Assembly (NCBI GenBank): GCA_015520045.1
Contig: WAQW01000018.1
Coordinates: 16,380 to 80,379 of the forward strand
Origin: Thermoplasmata archaeon
GTDB lineage: Archaea; Thermoplasmatota; Thermoplasmata; Thermoplasmatales; Thermoplasmataceae
Length of the DNA: 64,000 bases
Direction: 5' to 3'
In this document: piece after piece, positions 37,339-47,716 of the stretch
Position numbering within the stretch: position 1 is the stretch's first letter
How the letters are laid out: each line of letters opens with the position of its first letter
Translations under genes and position numbers: made by a program
The notes under the pieces: model-generated
Databases searched by the model: none
What the model saw: only the letters and a program-made list of their open reading frames with translations
Told to the model about the DNA's origin: nothing

Positions 37339-38528
37339 CCGATAAGTCTCCATCTGTTCTTGATCCTTCTACCTATAGCTACCCTGTCTCCGAGACTCGC
37401 AGATACCGGGTATTTTAATGCAACCTGTATCTCATCGCTTCTCGCTGATGTGACTGATGCTATGGTATTGGCTGTGCCAACGGTGATCATCAGGATCTCG
37501 GCGCTTTTGATGGGGGTTACCTTCTCCTCCTCTGCAAAACCAACAACCCTCTTGAGGAGGTGAGTTTCTATTGTTGCACCGTAAACGACCGGTGGAACCT
37601 TTCCAACCTTACCTATGATCCTACCGGTCAGAGAATCATTCTTAGTGAGGAATGGATCGAGTAATGTACCAACGGCTGCGAGACCTCCCGGTCTAATCTG
37701 CTTGTATGAGTGTTTCCCTGACTTCAGAGATACAATCTCAGTAGTGAGGTTGCTCCAAACTTCACGATTACCCTGTGTCCTCAGTATACCTGGAGCTATT
37801 TCTATTTCATCACCTATAGATAGATTTCCCTTCACAAGAGAGCCACCAAGAACTCCACCCTTGAGGTTACTGATATTGGTGCCTGGCTTGTTTATATCAA
37901 AGGATCTGGCTACATACATCATCGGATCCGCTGACGGATCGAATTTGGGAGGTTTAAACCTCTCGACTATGGCCTTAAAGATAGCATCAATATTTATGTT
38001 GTGATAGGCAGAGGCAGGTATAATAGGGGCATTCTCAGCTATACTCCCACTGAGGAACTCTTTTATTTCTCTATAATTTTCTACGGCTCGTTCCTTTGTA
38101 ACCAGATCGATCTTGTTCTGCACCACAATGATGTCCTTTATGCCCATAATCTCAAGAGCCGTTAGGTGTTCCCTTGTTTGCGGTTGAGGGCATTTTTCAT
38201 TTGCCGCTATGACGAGCATAGCACTGTTCATAATAGACGAACCTGCTAGCATTGTTGCCATGAGTGTCTCATGACCGGGTGCATCAACAAAGGAAACTGT
38301 TAGAATCTCCTCACAGTTATCCCCTGGTTTGCGCGTGAAGCGTGAATTGCCATTTTCCTCGCATTTAAATATGGGTGTATCTGCATACCCCAATTTTATA
38401 GATATGCCTCTCTTAATCTCCTCAGAATGTATATCAGTCTTTGTTCCAGTAAGGGCCCATGTCAGAGTACTCTTCCCATGATCAACGTGCCCCACCATAC
38501 CAATATTTATTATCGGCTGGGATGTCAT
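37311..38528 (-). CDS. eif2g: Translation initiation factor aIF2 gamma
   Basis: GHVDHGKS, RGISIKLGYAD, DAPGHE, PQPQTREH, QNKID and WRLIGYG. Confidence 0.98.
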   Translation of the reverse strand: MTSQPIINIGMVGHVDHGKSTLTWALTGTKTDIHSEEIKRGISIKLGYADTPIFKCEENGNSRFTRKPGDNCEEILTVSFVDAPGHETLMATMLAGSSIMNSAMLVIAANEKCPQPQTREHLTALEIMGIKDIIVVQNKIDLVTKERAVENYREIKEFLSGSIAENAPIIPASAYHNINIDAIFKAIVERFKPPKFDPSADPMMYVARSFDINKPGTNISNLKGGVLGGSLVKGNLSIGDEIEIAPGILRTQGNREVWSNLTTEIVSLKSGKHSYKQIRPGGLAAVGTLLDPFLTKNDSLTGRIIGKVGKVPPVVYGATIETHLLKRVVGFAEEEKVTPIKSAEILMITVGTANTIASVTSARSDEIQVALKYPVSASLGDRVAIGRRIKNRWRLIGYGNLRSIE

Positions 38529-38530
38529 TG

Positions 38531-38920
38531 CTAGTTTTCCTTCTCTTCTGCGGTATTTTCATCAATAGGATTAGGGCCATACTGAATTATCATAAGATTT
38601 AGCTGGGAAATATCGGAACCAACAATGGCTCCCCTAAACGTTATTCTTTTTCTGATCCCTTTCTTTCCTCGGCTACCGCGTTTGTATGTTACCAGGATCT
38701 TTTTCTTGCCCATCAAACCGAGATCCCTTCTCATGGGGAAACCGTCAATGGATGTCCCACCAGTAATCTTCAATTTGTAACCCGGGAGATTGAAGAATAT
38801 CCCATCAACTTCATCTCCTATTTTTCGCCCGGATAACAGAGCCAGATTTTCCTCTGCTATCTCGCGTTTGTACGTTTTTCCATCCTTTGGATCTGCTATT
38901 ATTGCAACAGAGTCAGACAT
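38531..38920 (-). CDS. rps6e: 30S ribosomal protein S6e
   Basis: GYKLKITGGTSIDGFPM and G.RKR.T.RG; ATG 38920 follows GGAGG. The ORF-track extension to 39088 is probably non-coding. Confidence 0.95.
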   Translation of the reverse strand: MSDSVAIIADPKDGKTYKREIAEENLALLSGRKIGDEVDGIFFNLPGYKLKITGGTSIDGFPMRRDLGLMGKKKILVTYKRGSRGKKGIRKRITFRGAIVGSDISQLNLMIIQYGPNPIDENTAEEKEN

Positions 38921-39653
38921 TTTAACCTCCTGCGTCCCATTTATTTTTATCTTAAGGAATCGGGTATTTTGATGAGGTTTATAAATAATTCCTAGGCCAG
39001 TTTTCCAACGCCGCTCATCCTCCAGAGATAATTCTATCTCAAAAAATGTGAATGGGTTTTCACATTTCTGCTTTTTCCCATCAGTCACAATTGTATATGT
39101 TATATGATTTTATCATTCACGAACCCATAAAAATCAGTTCCTCAATTGATCTCTCATGCGAATATCTTCGCACTTTAGCAAGTAAACAAATACAAAGCAG
39201 CGTAGGTCTAAATCACAGTCAGATGATTCAGGGTATATCATCACCCTACGCAACTTGAAGAAAGATTAATTTTGAACAGCTGAAATGAAGCAACCCAAGG
39301 TACGGAAAGATAAAAATATGCAATGAAGGCCTAAATCATCTCACAACGGAAAGCATGTCTTGTTTCTGATTCCCTTGATCCCCTCACATTGCTCCATATC
39401 TCTCTGCTGGATTGAGCAATGAACCAATATCGGAAGATAGGAAAGAATGACTTGAAACGTTTAGATCTCACGTAGCCTAGCGAAGCACCCAGAGAATTAG
39501 GATGTTGAGATCGACATGAATACCGCCCACTTTTCTGGATGATTACTCCATCCAGATACTGTAGGTACCAGAAAAAACCACTTCATACGACAGCCAGTCA
39601 AAATTTAAATAGTAAGATTTACATCACTTATCAAATTTTGGAGGAATAAACAA

Positions 39654-42509
39654 ATGGTAGAAGACACTAACAAAGGAGAAGAACCGGTTGGTGGACCAGA
39701 GGGCGAGCCATTTACCCCGCCAAAAAAGGTTGGCGGAAACGGTAAGTGGTTTGCAATCATAGGTGTGCTGATCGTTATAATAGCAGCGCTTGCAGTTATA
39801 GACGCAACGCACCCACCAGCAAAAACCAAGACAGTCACCGTTCCCTTCGTACCTACACCGAGTTCATTAACTGGACCATCCAACATATTTGCAGGAAATT
39901 ACTATTCGTTCAACTTAACAGCAAACGGACAGTTTAACAATGCAACAGTATACTGGGGAGATGGGACCAGTACAGTGTATTCTTATTCAACAGTGGGGAA
40001 CACGATATTCACTGCTAAGCACTTTTATGCAACCCCTGGAGCTGATGTAATTTGGTACAAGGTTAACTACTCGACCGGAAACGGCTATGGCAACGCCACA
40101 ATGGTTCCCGTGACGGTTGGTTTCCCTGTTTCATCGAGCTCCAACACAGTATTTGGATACATAGCAGTTACGAACTCCTCAGCTAAGGCACAGGTAGCTG
40201 GCTCTAACCTCTTCGCACCTGGAACTACTCTCCACATGATGGTATCTGCCTTGGGCGAGCCAAGTAACCAGTCAAATCAGGTTATTCAGCAAGTGGTAAC
40301 TCTTTATAACAACGGAAAGGCCGTTAAGACTGTATACTATAACTATACTTGGTTCCCGAACGCTGCGAAATTTTACTATAAGTCACCCAGCTCTAAGGAA
40401 TACTTCAACGTGACCAATCTCCCAGCTGGATACAACGTGGTCAATGTAACAACAGTCATAGGTCAGAATTTGAACAAAGCCACTGGAAAAACAACAGGTA
40501 CTTTGGAAACCTATTACACCATGACCGTTCCGTCATTCAAGAACGGTAACCTGATAACCTCAAAGAAGGTCACGTCAAAGACAACCTTCACCAATGCCGA
40601 GATCGCTCCTGGAGGATATTCTAGACTTGATCCCCAGATAGCATATGATACCGTTTCCAACGAAATACTGATGAACACGCTTCAGTTCCTGATCCAGTAT
40701 AAGGGAAACAGCACAACCCAATTCTTCCCTGAGCTCGCTGCGTACCTTCCAAGCCCCGGCCATGGAATAAACACCAATTACAAGAACTACACAGAAACCT
40801 ACGTGAACAACAATGGAACAACTGTAAGTTACACGGTTCACCTGAAGCCATATGAGAATTACACATTCCAGATAAGGGCTAATGCAAGCTGGCAGGATGG
40901 TACTCCTGTTACCGCCTATGACGTTTACGTGGCATTCGTAAGAGATCTTCTGTTTGTTGCTGGTCCAACGGGAACACCTGGATGGATTCAGGCTCAGTAT
41001 CTGCTTCCCGGTAACTACTATGCAACGAACACATATTACAACATAACGAACAACATCACATACAGCAACGCCACAAACACGATTACCTTCCACTTCCAGC
41101 TGCCGATGAACCCAACGCTGGTCTGGCAGATATTTGCTGCTTCCGGTGCGTACATCGGTCAAGCTAAGTATTATGTGAAACAGGGCGAACATCTGATCTT
41201 CAACAGTGCCGGATTCAAGAACTATGAGAAGTATGCAGACCCAGCTAACATCCCATCCACCATCGTGAATGGACTCGTTGCTGATGGTCCGTATATGATC
41301 AACTACGTGATTCCGGGAGAGGAGGTTGTCCTGAAAGCAAACCCGTACTTCAAACCTGTTAAGTACTATCCCGCACCTTCAATCCCGAACGTTGTGATTA
41401 AGTACGTTAGTTCGTACTCACAGAGCTATCTGCTTCTTAAGTCCGGCCAGGCACAGAGTGGTGGAATACCCAGCTCTGACTGGAGTCTGGCTCTTCACCT
41501 TGAAAAGCTCGGCTTGATAACAACGCTTACATTCCCAACTCTCTCGGTGTTCTGGTACAACTTCAACTTCAACATAAATACATCTGCAACATCATCCATA
41601 GATCCAAGCGCAAATCTGCCCAGTGCCCTGTTTGACAGCTGGCATGCTAGGGCTGCTTTTGCCTATGCCTACAACTACAAGTATTACATCGACTACCAGA
41701 TCGGAAATGCTCTGTATGGTGTCAACTTCGGAACCCTTTACGCTGGAATGATTCCGGCAGGTATGGCATTCTATCAGAACATGTCAGTTTTGAACCAGAC
41801 CACAATAGGAGTCCCATACTACAACATGAACGCAGCCAAACACTTCTGGGAAGTGTTTATGAATAAGGATGGTGCAAAACTTGGACTGTCCTGGGCGAAC
41901 ACAACAGCTGGACCACAGGTTAACTACAACGGAAAGCAACTCACTGTTCCGATAGCAATATACGCTGGAGATCCTGTTGATCTCGATGGTGCTACCACAT
42001 GGGCATCCAGCCTTGCTAAGCTGGGAATAAAGGCAGATGTGATTCCAATTAACTTCAACATACTGCTTACGTTCTTTGTACCGCCCAATCCAGCACCGAT
42101 ATGGATACTTGGATGGGCACCTGACTACCCATACCCATCTGACTATCTGCAGCCTATGGCTCTGCCAACAGATGGACTTTACCCTGCAGCGAACTACTTT
42201 GACACACTCTGGATGAACAATACTACCAGCAATCCGCTGGCAAACCAGTCTGCTGCGAATGCACTTCAGAACATGACGAACTACTACAACACAGCATTCA
42301 GTGCGACAAACGTTGCAACGGCATCTCAGTACTACCAGATGATGAACCATGAACTCATCAACATGACAGCATACGTGTATCTGTTCCAGTCTAATGCCAT
42401 AGAGATATTCAGCACACAGCTCAATCCAACACCAAACCCAATATGGCAGACCAACGTCATGTTCGGTGGTGGAGGAGACTTCTTCTACAACTACTTCCAG
42501 TACAAGTAA
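39654..42509 (+). CDS. Membrane-anchored ABC substrate-binding protein (OppA/family 5) with N-terminal PKD-like region
   Basis: N-terminal TM helix; YWGDG; LDPQIAYD, W.DGTPVTA.DV, GPY, L.ANP and GWAPDYP.P motifs; GGAGG SD. Confidence 0.88.
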   Translation: MVEDTNKGEEPVGGPEGEPFTPPKKVGGNGKWFAIIGVLIVIIAALAVIDATHPPAKTKTVTVPFVPTPSSLTGPSNIFAGNYYSFNLTANGQFNNATVYWGDGTSTVYSYSTVGNTIFTAKHFYATPGADVIWYKVNYSTGNGYGNATMVPVTVGFPVSSSSNTVFGYIAVTNSSAKAQVAGSNLFAPGTTLHMMVSALGEPSNQSNQVIQQVVTLYNNGKAVKTVYYNYTWFPNAAKFYYKSPSSKEYFNVTNLPAGYNVVNVTTVIGQNLNKATGKTTGTLETYYTMTVPSFKNGNLITSKKVTSKTTFTNAEIAPGGYSRLDPQIAYDTVSNEILMNTLQFLIQYKGNSTTQFFPELAAYLPSPGHGINTNYKNYTETYVNNNGTTVSYTVHLKPYENYTFQIRANASWQDGTPVTAYDVYVAFVRDLLFVAGPTGTPGWIQAQYLLPGNYYATNTYYNITNNITYSNATNTITFHFQLPMNPTLVWQIFAASGAYIGQAKYYVKQGEHLIFNSAGFKNYEKYADPANIPSTIVNGLVADGPYMINYVIPGEEVVLKANPYFKPVKYYPAPSIPNVVIKYVSSYSQSYLLLKSGQAQSGGIPSSDWSLALHLEKLGLITTLTFPTLSVFWYNFNFNINTSATSSIDPSANLPSALFDSWHARAAFAYAYNYKYYIDYQIGNALYGVNFGTLYAGMIPAGMAFYQNMSVLNQTTIGVPYYNMNAAKHFWEVFMNKDGAKLGLSWANTTAGPQVNYNGKQLTVPIAIYAGDPVDLDGATTWASSLAKLGIKADVIPINFNILLTFFVPPNPAPIWILGWAPDYPYPSDYLQPMALPTDGLYPAANYFDTLWMNNTTSNPLANQSAANALQNMTNYYNTAFSATNVATASQYYQMMNHELINMTAYVYLFQSNAIEIFSTQLNPTPNPIWQTNVMFGGGGDFFYNYFQYK

Positions 42510-42519
42510 CTGCAGAAAA

Positions 42520-42560
42520 ACTAAATAATTTTTTATTTTTAATTTAATTTTTTAATCTGT
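42520..42560 (+). terminator. Oligo-T archaeal terminator
   Basis: TTTTTTATTTTTAATTTAATTTTTT directly after the OppA-like stop codon. Confidence 0.65.
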
Positions 42561-42689
42561 TCATATTTAATTTGTATTATCATGTTTTTCAAATAGGATG
42601 TGCATTTTTATCGCTTGTGCTATGCAATTAATTTATACCTCCTTCATATAAGCCACACATCAAGAGATCGATCATATGGGTGTTTTCTG

Positions 42690-44543
42690 ATGGTGTATTC
42701 ACAGCCAGTGCGCATTGACAGAGTTGAGGTGGATGGTTACCCGCTCATAAAATATCACGGTTTTATAGCCAGTAATAGAACTGGCGGCCTGGTGGCAGCC
42801 AACGGAAAGATAGACTGGATGTGCATGCCAAATTTCGATTCAGCTCCTATTCTGGCATCGATCCTCGACCGAAAAAGAGGAGGATATTTTTCAATCCGAC
42901 CGCGAATAACAGATGAAGTTTACGTTCAGCAGTATTATAAAGGTCTCACAAACATTCTGACCACCGAGTTCGTGAAAGAGGGCAGAACCATATTGAGGGT
43001 TACTGATTTTATTCCCACCTCAGAGTATTCCACAGTTAATTTCCCCGAGGTGCATAGATTTGCTGAGGCAGGGAAATCCGATGTTGATGTTGTTGTGGAG
43101 TTCTATCCCATTATGAATTATGGGAGAGATGAAATTCGCATCAGAAAAGAGGGAGACGGTTACCTCTTTGTTTCTCAGAAAAAATCTATCGGTCTCGTAG
43201 GTAATGTTCCGTTCAAGAAGAAGGATGGTGGTGTCTATTCTATTTTCAACCTCCCATCAAGAAGTTCTCAATGGTTCATCATGCTCTACAACGTTCGCCA
43301 TTTGGACCGTATAACAGACTATAAATCCTACGAAAGGATGGAAGAAACATCCGCATTCTGGAAAAACTGGGTTTCACAGGGAAATTACTCTGGCATCTAT
43401 GGTGAGACCGTGATAAGGTCTGCTCTCACCCTTAAAGGGCTTTTTTATGAACCAACAGGATTGATGGCAGCTGCACCCACTGCCAGTTTGCCTGAAAGCA
43501 TAGGCGGAGACAGGAACTGGGATTATCGTTTTGCATGGATAAGGGACACAGCGTATGTTGTTGAAGCCCTCTCTATGATTGGTTACAAAAGGGAAGCAAC
43601 AAAATTCCTTTACGATCTGATGGAGAGAATTCAGGGGGATGGAGATATAAAAACCATTTACACGATCTCCGGAGATGGTGAGACCGAGGAAACGACGCTG
43701 GATTGGGAAGGATACAGAAACTCCAGACCTGTCAGGATAGGTAACAAAGCCTCAGATCAGCTGCAGATAGATGAATACGGTTCCATCGTTAATGCCATAT
43801 ATTACTTCAGCAGAATAGGTGGTCTGATAAACTCTTATCTCTGGGATTTTGTTGTTTCACTGCTCAATAAACTCAAAACTCTGTGGAAGGAGAAAGATTC
43901 CAGCTTGTGGGAATTCAGGGGTCCACCACAGCATTATGTCTACTCCAAATTGATGTGCTGGACCGCTTTCTCCAGGGCAATTGAGATCGCAAATGATCTG
44001 CATTTTTCTGCCCCTATTGATCAGTGGAAAAAAACCGCTGATGAGATTAAAAGATCCATTCTGATGAATGGTTATGACCGTGAAACAAATTCATTTACCC
44101 AGTACTACGGATCGAAATACGTGGACGCCTCTCTCTTGCGGTTACCACAACTTGGTTTTCTTTCCCTTTCTGACCGCCGACTGCGTGGAACGATAAAAAG
44201 GATAGAGGACGAACTGATGGTTGATGGATATCTCTTCAGGAGATATTTGAATGATGATGGTTTGAAAAGCAGGGATAACTCATTCCTTCTTCTTTCGTTC
44301 TGGTACGTAGAAGATCAGATACTCTTCAACAATCTGCAAAAAGCAAGAGAGATATTCGAAAATCTTATGGAAAAGAGCAATGATCTCGGTCTCTTTTCTG
44401 AAGAAGTGGATTATGAAACAGGAGAAATGGTGGGAAACTTTCCTCAGGCAATAACCCATCTCGGAGTCATAAGATCGGCAATAAAGCTCAGTGTGGAGTA
44501 CAAAAAGAATTCTAGAAGAGTAAGACCAGGAGATATCTTATAG
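42690..44543 (+). CDS. Glycoside hydrolase family 15 (trehalase/glucoamylase-like)
   Basis: IDW.C.PNFDS, AAPT.SLPE..GG.RNWDYR..WIRD, WEFR and GLFSEE...GNFPQA..H. Confidence 0.93.
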   Translation: MVYSQPVRIDRVEVDGYPLIKYHGFIASNRTGGLVAANGKIDWMCMPNFDSAPILASILDRKRGGYFSIRPRITDEVYVQQYYKGLTNILTTEFVKEGRTILRVTDFIPTSEYSTVNFPEVHRFAEAGKSDVDVVVEFYPIMNYGRDEIRIRKEGDGYLFVSQKKSIGLVGNVPFKKKDGGVYSIFNLPSRSSQWFIMLYNVRHLDRITDYKSYERMEETSAFWKNWVSQGNYSGIYGETVIRSALTLKGLFYEPTGLMAAAPTASLPESIGGDRNWDYRFAWIRDTAYVVEALSMIGYKREATKFLYDLMERIQGDGDIKTIYTISGDGETEETTLDWEGYRNSRPVRIGNKASDQLQIDEYGSIVNAIYYFSRIGGLINSYLWDFVVSLLNKLKTLWKEKDSSLWEFRGPPQHYVYSKLMCWTAFSRAIEIANDLHFSAPIDQWKKTADEIKRSILMNGYDRETNSFTQYYGSKYVDASLLRLPQLGFLSLSDRRLRGTIKRIEDELMVDGYLFRRYLNDDGLKSRDNSFLLLSFWYVEDQILFNNLQKAREIFENLMEKSNDLGLFSEEVDYETGEMVGNFPQAITHLGVIRSAIKLSVEYKKNSRRVRPGDIL

Positions 44544-44544
44544 G

Positions 44545-45054
44545 TCAGTATCGATCTCTCCTGAGTTCTCTCCTTCTTATGACAATAGCGAGAATAACCA
44601 GAGCAATTCCCGATGGCAGAAGTGAAAATCCGATAAGAAACAGGGACAGAATCCCGTACTCCAGATGGCCCACAGTTATCTTCACTGATAGATTTGACAA
44701 CCCTTTGTTCATCACTTCCACGTGCCACTGCCCTGAAGCGGGCGATACGATCTCTTTCGTGACCGTATATGACGCTCCCGAAAGGTTAGAAAATGCCGTC
44801 GTTATGTTGCCGGGTCCAACGAGATAGGCACTCAGGCTCGCGTTACCGGAAAGAGGTGTTATGGAATAAAGAAGATCATCCCCCGCAGATACACTCCCAT
44901 TGAATGGTTTCTCGACATGGGAACCAGCGGCAATGATTGCAGTTGATGTCTGGGTGCCATTATAAAATGAATATACCGATATGGAGAATATAATAATCGA
45001 TGAAACAATCAACGTATAACCAATCCTCTGAATCAGCTTGATGTTTATATTCAT
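44545..45054 (-). CDS. Hypothetical membrane protein (two TM helices flanking a beta-rich domain)
   Basis: Hydrophobic N- and C-terminal segments; ATGA overlap with valS. Confidence 0.75.
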   Translation of the reverse strand: MNINIKLIQRIGYTLIVSSIIIFSISVYSFYNGTQTSTAIIAAGSHVEKPFNGSVSAGDDLLYSITPLSGNASLSAYLVGPGNITTAFSNLSGASYTVTKEIVSPASGQWHVEVMNKGLSNLSVKITVGHLEYGILSLFLIGFSLLPSGIALVILAIVIRRRELRRDRY

Positions 45055-47429
45055 CCTTTCTTCGTCTCCCCCTCGGCGATCAGTTTGATCCCCATCTCTT
45101 CAGAGTCATCAATGGCCACCACCTTTGTTCGGGTCATGTATTCAATCATACTTTTGTTGTCACTTATTGTGGAAAACACGCCATGCAATTCAACATCGAG
45201 GACCTCTGATGGTTTGTGCCCCATCTTATTCTTCTCAGACCTTATCATCTTTATAAGATTTATGATATAAGATATTTCCCTTTTTGGTTTTGAAAAGTTC
45301 GAAACCTCCGGAGGTTGCGGCCAATCTTCCAGATGAACACTTGATTTTTTGTGCTCCAGGGGCATCGTTTCGTACAGTTCCTCTGTTATGAATGGCATAA
45401 TCGGAGCATACATTTTTATAATGGCCAGGAGGGTCAGATAGGAGGATTGTAAAATATCATCCCTATCCGGATGGTTGATCTTAAATGCATATTTTGTCAG
45501 TTCCAGCTGAAAATCGCAGAAGGTGTTCCAGAAGAAATTATCAAGTTCGGATCTGGCCCTCGAGAATAGGTAGCTGTCCATATATCCTGTGACCTTCTCG
45601 ATCGTTTCTGAGAGGGCACCGATTATCCACTGACCGTATTTTGATCTCGGCGGCAAAAATGCACCTATCTTCTCCTCTCTGTTCCAGAGAAGGTTAAGAA
45701 GCCTGGCAGCATTATATAGTTTTATAACGGTCTTCCTACCCCTAACGAGCTCCTGCTCCTTAAACCTGATATCCTCCCATGGGAGGGATGAGCTTGCCCA
45801 GAACCTCAACGAATCTGCTCCATACCTCTCAATAACCTCCATCGGGCCCACTGTGTTCCCCCTGCTCTTGCTCATCTTTGCTCCGCTTGGATCAGCAACG
45901 ATGCCGCTGATCAGAATCTCATTCCACGGGATGTTCCCCTCATGAAGTAGCGATCTCAGAATTGTTGTGAATGCCCACGTGGTTATGATATCGTTGGCCT
46001 GACATCGAATATCCATCGGATATCTTCCGATGAGTGATTCCTCCATTGACAGGGATATCTTTGGAGACAAGGAAGATGTTGCCCAGGTGTCCATCACATC
46101 GTCCTCCGGCTCAACATTATGGGAGCCACACTTTGGACATGACTTGCTGGGTGATGTTCTTGGATCTACGGGTAGTTCTTCCGGAGAGGCGAAAATTGTC
46201 TCACCACAATCCTTACAGTACCACACGGGGAATGGAACACCATAATACCTCTGTCTGGAAATGCACCAATCCCATTTTAGGCCTTTCACCCAGTTATCGT
46301 ATCTGTACCGCATGAACTCAGGGACCCACCTTATCCTTGAACCATGCTCGAGAAGCTTTGGTATCAAATCAAGGACCTTGATGAACCACTCCCGCTCCAC
46401 ACTAATCTCAACAGGTGTATCGCATCTCTCGTGAACGTTGACAGAATGCTTGATTTTTTCTCGTTTTAGTATGAGATTGTTTCTTTCCAGCAGTTCAATG
46501 ATCCTTTCTCTTGCTTTTTGGATCGAGAGACCTTTTAACGGTCCATCATCGTCCATTGTGCCGTCCTCTGCTATTGTGATTCGCGTTTCGAGATTGTATT
46601 TCTTCCAGAGGTATACATCGTTCTGATCTCCGAACGTGCAGACCATCTCTGCCCCGGTTCCCAACTCCGTATCCACAACCAGATCGCTCATCACCGGTAC
46701 CCTGCGATCGTAGATGGGTACGGTTACCTCCTTTCCAATGAGGTCCCTGTACCTAACATCATCCGGGTTAACAAATACCGCAACGCATGAGCCGAGAAGT
46801 TCTGGTCTCGTGGTTGCGATGATAAGCTCTCCTCTGTCCAGAGTAAACTTGATGTGGATGAATTCAGAACTCAGAACCTTGTCTTTCATATCAATCTGAG
46901 AGATAGAGGTCTCGCAGGATGGGCAAATGATCGTTGGACCTGTAGCGCTGTAGGCATAGCCCCTCTGAACAAGTTCCAGGAAGGCTTCCTGCGATATTCG
47001 CACCGTATCGTCCGAGATGGTTCTGTAGTAGCTTGTGAAGTCACTGCTTATCCCCAGGCGTTTGAACAGAGAGATCATTTCTTCCTCAGCCCTCTGACTC
47101 TGCTCTCTGCAAAGCGCAATGAATTCTTTCAGCGGGGTATTCTTTCCGCGTTTGCCCGTAATCTTCTCTGTGTAGCGCTCCGTGGGCAGGCCATTGTCAT
47201 CGAACCCAAAACGATAGTAGACGTTATAACCCCTCATCCTTTTGTATCTCGCAATGAAGTCCTGGTGAGGGTATGAAAAGGCATGTCCCATATGAAGATT
47301 CCCAGAAATGGTGGGAGGAGGTACATCGATGGTGAACGGTTGTTTTCCAGAGGTTTTGAAGGCGTACAGCCCTGATGAATCCCACCGTTCCAGCCATTTC
47401 TTTTCCATTGAATGAATGTCGAGAACCAC
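45051..47429 (-). CDS. valS: Valine--tRNA ligase
   Basis: PPPTISG.LHMGH (HIGH), DWCISRQR, DVMDTW and KMSKS. Confidence 0.97.
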   Translation of the reverse strand: MVLDIHSMEKKWLERWDSSGLYAFKTSGKQPFTIDVPPPTISGNLHMGHAFSYPHQDFIARYKRMRGYNVYYRFGFDDNGLPTERYTEKITGKRGKNTPLKEFIALCREQSQRAEEEMISLFKRLGISSDFTSYYRTISDDTVRISQEAFLELVQRGYAYSATGPTIICPSCETSISQIDMKDKVLSSEFIHIKFTLDRGELIIATTRPELLGSCVAVFVNPDDVRYRDLIGKEVTVPIYDRRVPVMSDLVVDTELGTGAEMVCTFGDQNDVYLWKKYNLETRITIAEDGTMDDDGPLKGLSIQKARERIIELLERNNLILKREKIKHSVNVHERCDTPVEISVEREWFIKVLDLIPKLLEHGSRIRWVPEFMRYRYDNWVKGLKWDWCISRQRYYGVPFPVWYCKDCGETIFASPEELPVDPRTSPSKSCPKCGSHNVEPEDDVMDTWATSSLSPKISLSMEESLIGRYPMDIRCQANDIITTWAFTTILRSLLHEGNIPWNEILISGIVADPSGAKMSKSRGNTVGPMEVIERYGADSLRFWASSSLPWEDIRFKEQELVRGRKTVIKLYNAARLLNLLWNREEKIGAFLPPRSKYGQWIIGALSETIEKVTGYMDSYLFSRARSELDNFFWNTFCDFQLELTKYAFKINHPDRDDILQSSYLTLLAIIKMYAPIMPFITEELYETMPLEHKKSSVHLEDWPQPPEVSNFSKPKREISYIINLIKMIRSEKNKMGHKPSEVLDVELHGVFSTISDNKSMIEYMTRTKVVAIDDSEEMGIKLIAEGETKKG

Positions 47430-47716
47430 GCTACGCTATATCGCATATAGTAAAATATTTTATGGGTTAACCTTGGGAGTCCTGTGATTCATTACTGGTT
47501 GATCAGAACGGATATTGTATCTATATTTCTTTCACATCGATTGTTTCAGTAGAGGAAAAGTTCGCTCATCATCTTTTTATAATACTGCTGGGAAACATAA
47601 CTGCAGAAATACTGTTAAGCTTCAGTCTATCCCCTCAGCACTCAAAAAATAAAATCATAAATTTATCCCGGGAATGGTTCCCAGGAGTAAATGCTCAGGC
47701 CCAACAATGAAAAGTT

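Noticed and set aside
38921..39258. N-terminal extension of rps6e to 39088 and ORF 39052-39258
   Set aside because: A strong GGAGG SD precedes ATG 38920 and a TATA box lies at about 38980 inside the extension; the small ORF has no supporting features.
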